Shown piece after piece: positions 25,792 through 32,000 of a stretch of DNA of 32,000 bases. A program made the translations under genes and the position numbers. Numbering within the stretch: the first letter of the stretch is position 1; each line of letters opens with the position of its first letter. Source of the stretch: an uncultured bacterium (lineage in GTDB: Bacteria; Auribacterota; JACPWU01); contig CAZXEQ010000001.1 of the NCBI GenBank assembly GCA_964640155.1, positions 546,403 through 578,402 on the forward strand, written 5' to 3'. The notes below the pieces were generated by a model. That model did no database searches and was not told where the DNA came from. It saw only the letters and a program-made list of their open reading frames with translations.

Positions 25792-27724
25792 CTTCCTTCC
25801 ATTCTTTCTTTTTTCTATTACTCTGTTTGTGATGAGCTTTAGTACATTGACATCTCAGGATTTGGGCTGGCATCTCAAAACAGGTGAATGGATTGTCAAA
25901 AATCTACAAATCCCACACTATGATTTTTATACAAGCCCTGCTCCTAAAAATTTATGGATTGATCTTCATTGGGGGTTTCAAGCATTCATTTACACTATAG
26001 GTAGCATCGGCGGGCTTTTAGGGCTCAATCTTTTCCGTAGCTTTCTTCTCCTACTGATTTATTTTTTCGTTTACAAGGCCTCTCAACGCAAAGAAAACCC
26101 CTGGTTTATTTCTAGCATTGCTCTTTTATCCATACTTTGCGCCCAAGAAAGATTTCAGATGCGTCCCGAACTTTTAACCTTTCTTTTTATGACACTCTAT
26201 CTAACTATTCTGGAATCCCAAAGGGACAAAGAAAGTAAATGGCTATGGGCCATTCCCATCATTCAAATTTTTTGGACGAATGTGGAAGGTCTTTTCATGA
26301 TTGGACCCGCTCTTGTCTTTTTTTATGCTCTTGGAAATCTTTGGGAAGGGGAAGGCAAAAACTCCTGGAAACTCTGGATTGTTTTTATCGTGACACTTCT
26401 GGCCTGTTTTATCAATCCTTATGGACTTGAGGGCTTTCTTTTTCCATTTACGTTACTCAAAGAAATTCTTTTTAAAGGGACCAATCCCTTTATGGGAGTC
26501 GGAGAATTCCATCCTCCTACAGAGCTTCCTGTCACGAAAATTCCAACTCAAGCCTTCCTACTCCTCTTTGGGCTCACCGTTTTTACCTGCATAACAAAGA
26601 TAAAGCAAATCAATCGAACCCATATTATCCTTTTCATCGTTTTTGCTTCACTGGCCTTTGTTGCTCAAAGAAACCTAGGACTTTTCTCCTTTTTTGGTTT
26701 ATTCATCATTCTTAAATATGCCCATTTCCCTAAACTTTTCTCGAAAAAGATATTTTCTAAAATTGGTATTTTTATCTATTTTCTTTTTTCGAGTACTCTT
26801 GTTTTTTCAACTGTATCAAATCATTTTTATGTAAGGGACTTAAGACCCGAAAGATTTGGGCTGGGCATTTCTCCCGAGATTTTTCCTCCTCAAGCTATTT
26901 CTTATTTCCGCCAGAATCAAATCAAAGGTAGAATTTTTGGCAGCATTGATTTAGCACCTACCATCATTTATTGTCTTTGGCCTAATCTTCAACCCTTTAT
27001 TGACACACGACTTGAATTACATGGTCCCGAGCGGTTTCGTGAATATCAACAGGCTTTAGGTCAAGAATCCAAATGGAAACAATTTCAGCAAAAATATAAT
27101 ATTCAGATGGTTTTTGCAGATCATATTCAAAAAGACTCTCTAAGACTTATTTCCTTTCTTGCCCATGATTCCAACTGGAAATTAGTCTATTTCGATGAGA
27201 TCAGCGTCATCTTTCTCAAACAAGAGATCTCAAAAGATTTGGCACTTACTAATGGCTGTGGAAATATTCCCTCTCCTGTTTCTTTTTATCCAAAATTAAG
27301 AGAATGTTTCCCCTGGCTTATACCGGAAGCAACACTTCCCAATGAAATTAACATGTCCCGACTTTATCTTGCTTTAGGGGAAAATAAAGAAGCAAAACTT
27401 CAATATTTAAAACTTCTAAAAGTTTTACCTAAATGGACAGAGGGCTGGATTAATCTCGCATATTTTTCAGAAAAAGAAGGGAAAATATCCAAAGCCATTT
27501 CACTTCTTGAGCAGGCTTTATACTATAACCCTAGATCGTATCAAGCACATTTTAACATGGGAAATCTTTTTCTTAAAACAGGACGTTATCAAGACGCTTT
27601 CAAAGCTCTTGATAAAGCCATCCAAATTAAAAAAACGCCTCAAGCTATTCATAATAGAGAGATAGCAAAAAAGTTTGATCAAGAGCAGAAAAGAAATATA
27701 CAGACCAAAGCTATTGAAAACTAA
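25775..27724 (+). CDS. Polytopic membrane protein with C-terminal TPR repeats (second GT-C-like/TPR protein)
   Basis: The track ORF starts at 25649 and overlaps the upstream ORF. TTG 25775 ([14 protein letters not shown]) or ATG 25832 are more plausible starts. Many TM helices. C-terminal TPR (EGWINLAYFSEKEGKISKAISLLEQALYYNPRSYQAHFNMGNLFLKTGRYQDA). Confidence 0.55.
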   Translation: MKLKSSFLPFFLFSITLFVMSFSTLTSQDLGWHLKTGEWIVKNLQIPHYDFYTSPAPKNLWIDLHWGFQAFIYTIGSIGGLLGLNLFRSFLLLLIYFFVYKASQRKENPWFISSIALLSILCAQERFQMRPELLTFLFMTLYLTILESQRDKESKWLWAIPIIQIFWTNVEGLFMIGPALVFFYALGNLWEGEGKNSWKLWIVFIVTLLACFINPYGLEGFLFPFTLLKEILFKGTNPFMGVGEFHPPTELPVTKIPTQAFLLLFGLTVFTCITKIKQINRTHIILFIVFASLAFVAQRNLGLFSFFGLFIILKYAHFPKLFSKKIFSKIGIFIYFLFSSTLVFSTVSNHFYVRDLRPERFGLGISPEIFPPQAISYFRQNQIKGRIFGSIDLAPTIIYCLWPNLQPFIDTRLELHGPERFREYQQALGQESKWKQFQQKYNIQMVFADHIQKDSLRLISFLAHDSNWKLVYFDEISVIFLKQEISKDLALTNGCGNIPSPVSFYPKLRECFPWLIPEATLPNEINMSRLYLALGENKEAKLQYLKLLKVLPKWTEGWINLAYFSEKEGKISKAISLLEQALYYNPRSYQAHFNMGNLFLKTGRYQDAFKALDKAIQIKKTPQAIHNREIAKKFDQEQKRNIQTKAIEN

Positions 27725-27766
27725 AAATCTCTCAACTAAAATAATCTCAAATCTTGGAAGGAGGAA

Positions 27767-27937
27767 ATGATGAAAAAGATATTTCTATCAGGGGTTATTC
27801 TGATGTTACTGATTCTTAGTTTTGGTTGTGAAACCCCAGAAAGCACCCTTCATGAAGCAAGCCAAGACTTGCAAAGAGGAATTTCAGGACAGGGACATCT
27901 TGAAGAGCGCAGTTGGGATGAGGTTGAAGCTTTTTAG
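27767..27937 (+). CDS. Small lipoprotein (56 aa), absent from the ORF track
   Basis: GGAAGGAGGA RBS at 27757-27766, immediately abutting the ATG at 27767. MMKKIFLSGVILMLLILSFGC has a lipobox (LSFGC), followed by an acidic 35-aa mature part. Confidence 0.55.
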   Translation: MMKKIFLSGVILMLLILSFGCETPESTLHEASQDLQRGISGQGHLEERSWDEVEAF

Positions 27938-27950
27938 TCTATCTTAAAAA

Positions 27951-28502
27951 TTAAAGAGACTCATCAAACTGAAGTGTATTATTAACCAATTCAATGGATC
28001 CCGATCGATTTGTTGAATCCACATAGGTTCCAACAAGACCTTTCACAAAGATCGCATTTTGCACATTGGTTTCCTGAACAGGTAATGCCGTTACAGTCAC
28101 TCCCGTGGCACTCGTCGGAGTTGTAAACCCAAGAGTTGCTGAAGTCAGAGCAAGCGTAATCACTCTCCCACTTGCATCTGTTCCTTGAATGGTAATGGCT
28201 GTCGCAATCATCTTTGTTGCAGAAGTTGTTTGCGCAGTAATCGTACTGATATCCCCTGTTCCTGTTCCTGTATAAACTGTTCCTTGATTGTCTACACCTC
28301 GAACACGATTTCCAGTTTGAGTCAGAGTAATATTTCTGAGGCCAGAATTAGGCGTTGTAACAACATTATAATTGCCTGTCACATTCAATGTAGCTGCGAC
28401 ATTCCCACTGAAATTGACGTCATTATTCCCGCTATTACAACCCATGTAGAAAACAGGTAAACTTAAGAAAAGCAGAGCGGTTAGTAATCGAAGTTTGTTC
28501 AT
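27951..28502 (-). CDS. Thr/Asn/Gly-rich lipoprotein, unknown function
   Basis: 183-aa ORF. Signal peptide with lipobox FYMGC. RBS AGGGGGAAG upstream on the minus strand. Beta-rich T/N/G-biased composition. Confidence 0.6.
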   Translation of the reverse strand: MNKLRLLTALLFLSLPVFYMGCNSGNNDVNFSGNVAATLNVTGNYNVVTTPNSGLRNITLTQTGNRVRGVDNQGTVYTGTGTGDISTITAQTTSATKMIATAITIQGTDASGRVITLALTSATLGFTTPTSATGVTVTALPVQETNVQNAIFVKGLVGTYVDSTNRSGSIELVNNTLQFDESL

Positions 28503-28671
28503 TCTTCCCCCTTAAAATTGGAATATTGGGGTCATTATAGACCTCTCTAAAAATCAAAGTCAATACAAATTGGTCTATATCTTGTCATACAAATTCATCG
28601 TGTATTGATTTGTGTCTATTGCTTTGCATATTTACTATTTTTTTATTTGCATCTCTTCTAGAATAGCAGCC

Positions 28672-29058
28672 ATGAAAAGAATAGTGTGTATCGTTATAAA
28701 TTTTATCCTCCTCTTTAATCTTCCCCCATTTGTTTTTTCTGATTTTGGATATCGAGACCGAGTCGAGTATCACAACAAAATCAAAAAACAAAAAACCATA
28801 CAAACTCAAAAAAGAGAAATAGCAGAAGGGATAACTACCTCAGGGATCATTTCAAACATCAATCTTGTTAAAAATATTTTTACTCTTATTGACTCTAATG
28901 AAAAACCTTTAGTGATTTTAATACCTGAAGTCTCCATTTGGAAAGAAGGAAAGGAAACAACTGTTCAGACTTTAAAAGTAAATCAGAAAGTCAAAGTCAC
29001 TTACTACACTTTCAACCAAGAAAACTCAGCCCAATTTATTGAAATTCTGTCTGACTAA
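28672..29058 (+). CDS. Small secreted hypothetical protein
   Basis: The track ORF starts at 28612. ATG 28672 gives a signal-like N-terminus, MKRIVCIVINFILLFNLPPFVFS. There is no obvious RBS. Confidence 0.45.
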   Translation: MKRIVCIVINFILLFNLPPFVFSDFGYRDRVEYHNKIKKQKTIQTQKREIAEGITTSGIISNINLVKNIFTLIDSNEKPLVILIPEVSIWKEGKETTVQTLKVNQKVKVTYYTFNQENSAQFIEILSD

Positions 29059-29080
29059 ATCTACTCTTTTTAAAGCGTTG

Positions 29081-29228
29081 GATATTGCAATTAGAAGTGT
29101 GTCCTTTATAATACGGGTGACACTCGACGGGGAGCCCCGCCGCACGCAATTTTTAATAAGCACGGTGGGGCTGACGAGTAGCAGGACCCGCTACTTTTTT
29201 CAAAGTACACACTTTTATGTACACCGCC
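29081..29228 (+). mobile_element. 148-bp MITE-like element, copy 3
   Basis: Core is about 90 percent identical to copy 1 by eye. Exact 8-bp direct repeat AAGCGTTG at 29073-29080 and 29229-29236. Starts with GATA, like copy 1. Confidence 0.7.
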
Positions 29229-29254
29229 AAGCGTTGAATCTAAAAACAATCTGT

Positions 29255-29283
29255 TTGCTTCATCTGATGTGATTTGATACAGT
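29255..29283 (+). promoter_or_regulatory. Candidate sigma70 promoter upstream of tatA
   Basis: TTGCTT (29255-29260), 17-nt spacer, TACAGT (29278-29283). Confidence 0.3.
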
Positions 29284-29339
29284 TCTCTCATTGTATGGGC
29301 TCCTAAGCCTGATTGTATCAGCAATTTAAAGGGGTTATT

Positions 29340-29516
29340 ATGATGCCAGGATGGTCTGAGTGGATTGTCATTCTTCTTATTATTCTTCTTCTTTTTGGGG
29401 CCAAAAGGCTTCCTGAAATTGCCAAATCCTTGGGCAAAGGAATTCAAGAATTTAAAAAGGCCATGAAAGGTGAAGACGAGGGAAAGCCCAAAGATTCTAA
29501 TGAAGAGCGAAAATAA
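29340..29516 (+). CDS. tatA: Twin-arginine translocase subunit TatA/E
   Basis: From ATG 29340: [41 protein letters not shown], a TM helix plus the FG-K-LPE amphipathic motif. The track start TTG 29313 is less likely. Confidence 0.85.
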   Translation: MMPGWSEWIVILLIILLLFGAKRLPEIAKSLGKGIQEFKKAMKGEDEGKPKDSNEERK

Positions 29517-30267
29517 TCTTCTGGATTCTTCTTCAGAAGTAAAACCTTTTTTAGGTCACTTGGAAGATCTTCGTGGGACTATCCTTAAAATTGCTGGAAC
29601 TGTTCTTTTAAGCACCCTTCTCTGCTTCATCTTCGCAAGAAAAATTTTAGAAATTTTGAAATGGCCACTTTCTGAAGTCCTTCACATGCTTGGGCAAGAG
29701 GCCATGCAAAAAGAAATTTTAAGAAGTCTTACACCCGCAGGCGGTTTCATTTTAAGCGTGAAATTAGCATTTTTTTCTGGGCTTATTCTTGCTCTGCCTT
29801 TTTGTCTTTATTTTTTTACACAATTTATTTCTCCAGGATTAACCCTTAAAGAAAAAAATTATCTTCTCCCTATTTTTCTTTCAGGATCAATTTTATTTCT
29901 CTTAGGGGCACTCCTTTGCTATGGAGTAGCATTACCTCAATGTCTAAAATTTTTCTGGCATTACAATGAAAATCTTGGCATCGTGCCCCTTTGGACCATT
30001 GAAAACTATATTTCTTTTTCTGTCTTTTTAATTCTTTCCTTCGGTCTAGCATTTGAAATACCTCTTATCATCCTAGCGCTTGTAAAATTTGGAGTTTTAT
30101 CGCATACCACCCTTCGTACGAAAAGGCGTTTGGCAATTGTATTTATTTTCATTACAGCTGCCCTGCTTACTCCCTCGCCTGATGCTTTTAGTCAAATTTT
30201 GCTCGCTATTCCAATGATACTTCTTTATGAAATGTGTGTTTGGCTCAGTGCCAAAATAAAAAGATGA
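29500..30267 (+). CDS. tatC: Twin-arginine translocase subunit TatC
   Basis: Polytopic ORF with the [12 protein letters not shown]-terminal motif. Start is ATG 29500 or GTG 29470. Overlaps the tatA end. Confidence 0.85.
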   Translation: MKSENNLLDSSSEVKPFLGHLEDLRGTILKIAGTVLLSTLLCFIFARKILEILKWPLSEVLHMLGQEAMQKEILRSLTPAGGFILSVKLAFFSGLILALPFCLYFFTQFISPGLTLKEKNYLLPIFLSGSILFLLGALLCYGVALPQCLKFFWHYNENLGIVPLWTIENYISFSVFLILSFGLAFEIPLIILALVKFGVLSHTTLRTKRRLAIVFIFITAALLTPSPDAFSQILLAIPMILLYEMCVWLSAKIKR

Positions 30268-30423
30268 TCCCACCACCTCCTGCTGACCCAAAGGGCCATG
30301 CTTTGTGAAATCGGAGACAAGATAAAAATAATGCAAAATATTAGAACGTCAAAAACATATGGATCATTGCAGATAAGAGACCAAAGCATGTCATGCTTAC
30401 GCATGATGCAGGAGGTAGTGGGA
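30268..30423 (+). promoter_or_regulatory. Long-range helix sequestering the RBS of the MFS gene
   Basis: TCCCACCACCTCCTGC (30268-30283) is complementary at 15 of 16 positions to GCAGGAGGTAGTGGGA (30408-30423). The second arm contains the AGGAGG RBS and the first base of the ATG. Confidence 0.45.
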
Positions 30424-31673
30424 TGAGACTCTCCTCTCTTCGCATAGGGGCTTGGTGTTTTTATGATTTTGCTAATTCTTCCTTTTCAACGATTATACTT
30501 ACTGTTGCCTATGGTATTTATTTTAAGAGTATCCTTTGTGAAGGAAAGTATGGAGATTTCCTATGGGGATTAAGCCTTGCCATTGCCTATTTTTTGTCCG
30601 CTTTTATGGCCCCTATTCTCGGGGCTTTCTCTGATCAAACAGGCCACAAAAAACCTTTTCTGATTATCCTGACTCTTGTTTCAGTTGTAACCACTCTGGG
30701 GCTTGGTTTTCTGAGTCAAGGCATGGTTCTGACAGGGATGATTCTTTTTATTATGGGATTCTTCGGATTTGCCACAGCTAATATCTTTTACAATGCATTT
30801 CTTTTAGAAATTTCCACTCCTAAAAATATCGGACGCATCTCTGGATTTGGATGGGGGTTAGGTTATCTGGGAGGACTTGGTACACTTGCTCTTTGTTATC
30901 CATGGCTTGTTCAAGAAAAATTTCCTATCACTTTTATGATCACCTCTCTTTTCTTTTTTATTTTCTCTCTACCTGCTTCTTTATTTCTCAAATCAAGCCT
31001 AAGAACTTTGCCCAAACAAAGTTTAAAATTAACACTCTTACAAACATTTTCAAGATTAAATGAAACAAGAAAAAATATTCGTCAATATCGAACCCTAACT
31101 CAATTTCTCATCGCCTATTTTTTCTACAATGACGGCCTAAGTACCATCATCACCTTTTCAAGCATTTATGCGCATGACACCTTCTCCATGACGATGAAAG
31201 AAGTCACACTTCTTTTTGCCATGCTTCAAATCACCGCTTTTTTAGGAGCATTTATTTCTGGATTCATCGTGGACAAAATAGGAGCCAAAAGAACTATTTT
31301 GATCACTCTTTTTTTATGGATGGGAACTACTTTAGGAGCTTATTTTGCTCAAAGCAAAATGACTTTTTGGATTGTATCCCTACTTGCAGGGTTAGGACTT
31401 GGATCTTGCCAGTCTGCATCTAGATGTTTCATTGGACTTTTGACTCCTAAAGAAAAATCAGGAGAATTCTTTGGCTTTTTTGCTGTTTTCACCAAATGTT
31501 CCTCCATGTTAGGACCTTTACTTTTCGGCCTAACCTCTCAACTATTTGCAAGTCAGAGAAAAGCAATACTAACCGTTCTTGTCTTCTTTATTCTAGGAAC
31601 TTTCTTCCTTTTGAGAATAAAGACGGAAAAAGTTGAAAATGGAAATCAATCGTGGGATAATAAATTGATTTGA
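30423..31673 (+). CDS. MFS transporter, UMF1 (Atg22-like) family
   Basis: About 12 TM helices. N-terminal WCFYDFANSSF matches the UMF1-family signature. ATG 30423 has an AGGAGG RBS, whereas the track start 30393 has none. Confidence 0.75.
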   Translation: MRLSSLRIGAWCFYDFANSSFSTIILTVAYGIYFKSILCEGKYGDFLWGLSLAIAYFLSAFMAPILGAFSDQTGHKKPFLIILTLVSVVTTLGLGFLSQGMVLTGMILFIMGFFGFATANIFYNAFLLEISTPKNIGRISGFGWGLGYLGGLGTLALCYPWLVQEKFPITFMITSLFFFIFSLPASLFLKSSLRTLPKQSLKLTLLQTFSRLNETRKNIRQYRTLTQFLIAYFFYNDGLSTIITFSSIYAHDTFSMTMKEVTLLFAMLQITAFLGAFISGFIVDKIGAKRTILITLFLWMGTTLGAYFAQSKMTFWIVSLLAGLGLGSCQSASRCFIGLLTPKEKSGEFFGFFAVFTKCSSMLGPLLFGLTSQLFASQRKAILTVLVFFILGTFFLLRIKTEKVENGNQSWDNKLI

Positions 31674-31696
31674 TCCCTAATGGATAGGAGTCTTGT

Positions 31697-31876
31697 GTGA
31701 AAAAAATCTTCCTTTTGCTCTTCTTAATCATCCCTTCTTTCATTTTTGTGTCAGGCTGTGGATCTCGCGATATTATCAAAGAACATGAACCTTGCGGATG
31801 CATCAGCACCTGTGCTTGCATGCACTGTGTTCTGGCCTCACGAATTTGCACTTGTGAGAAAAAGGGAGAATCTTAA
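31697..31876 (+). CDS. Cysteine-rich small lipoprotein (59 aa), absent from the ORF track
   Basis: AGGAG (31686-31690) 6 nt before GTG 31697. VKKIFLLLFLIIPSFIFVSGC has a lipobox. The mature part CGSRDIIKEHEPCGCISTCACMHCVLASRICTCEKKGES has 8 Cys, including three CxC pairs. Confidence 0.5.
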   Translation: MKKIFLLLFLIIPSFIFVSGCGSRDIIKEHEPCGCISTCACMHCVLASRICTCEKKGES

Positions 31877-32000
31877 GAACCTCGGTTAATCATGATTTGA
31901 GATTGAAGATTTTGATTCTCTGGATTACAATCCAACCAGATTCGGCATTCCAGTGTCACACACTTTTTTAAATACTTTAAATAACTTGTCCCCTATCGAG

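Noticed and set aside
29039-29272. 77-aa + strand ORF running through MITE copy 3. A 38-aa ORF in copy 1 (about 3981-4097) is similar.
   Set aside because: The copies differ by indels and copy 2 has in-frame stops, so no frame is conserved. This is a non-coding element.
29106-29447. 113-aa minus-strand ORF
   Set aside because: It is antisense to the well-supported tatA gene and runs into the MITE core. It has a lysine-rich, low-complexity N-terminus. It is a shadow ORF.
29470-29499. Longer N-terminal extensions in the track ORFs: tatC from GTG 29470, MFS from 30393, pilM from GTG 4794, tatA from TTG 29313
   Set aside because: In most cases an internal ATG with a better RBS or a more typical N-terminus is available. 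Start sites remain uncertain without experimental data.
31954-31969. GTGTCACACACTTTTTT resembles the MITE right arm (GTACACACTTTTAT)
   Set aside because: The match is about 10 nt with no adjacent GC-rich core. It is probably chance or a solo-arm relic, and the window ends too soon to judge.
1-32000. Looked for CRISPR arrays, tRNA, rRNA, transposase or integrase genes, toxin-antitoxin pairs and defence-system genes
   Set aside because: No regularly spaced short repeats, no cloverleaf-like or rRNA-like segments, and no ORFs with nuclease, transposase or defence hallmarks were seen. The only multi-copy sequence is the 148-bp element.

Overview
AT-rich, almost fully coding bacterial chromosomal window. 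Most of it is housekeeping: polA, coaE, rho, rpmE-prfA-prmC-murA, rpsP-trmD-rplS-rnhB-yraN-comM and tatAC. The gene order (no rimM, rpmE-prfA-prmC close to rpsP-trmD-rplS-rnhB, polA/coaE/rho together) recalls PVC-group bacteria (Chlamydiae, Verrucomicrobia, Omnitrophica-like). That placement is inference only. The left end is a minus-strand operon that joins an RsbU/RsbW/RsbV-type partner-switching module directly to MlaE/MlaF. Positions 4.2-10.7 kb hold a type IV pilus-like assembly and secretin cluster: a secreted protein, a PilM-PilN fusion, a PilO-like protein, a TSP3-repeat protein and a TPR-secretin. No pilin or ATPase lies in the window. The most unusual signal is a 148-bp intergenic element present three times in one orientation (3974-4121, 23644-23791, 29081-29228). 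It has inverted-repeat arms and a strongly GC-rich, highly structured core. Two copies are bounded by exact 9-bp and 8-bp direct repeats, so it looks like a non-autonomous mobile element (MITE-like) that I cannot assign to any named family. Other signals: a GC-rich nested-helix spacer inside the mla operon, a 16-nt anti-SD helix spanning the tatC stop and the RBS of a UMF1-type MFS gene, a near-consensus promoter implying a leaderless first gene of the pilus-like cluster, and two lipoprotein ORFs under 60 aa that the ORF track misses (one cysteine-rich). No rRNA, tRNA, CRISPR array, transposase or recognisable defence genes were seen. All motif calls, alignments and helices were done by eye.
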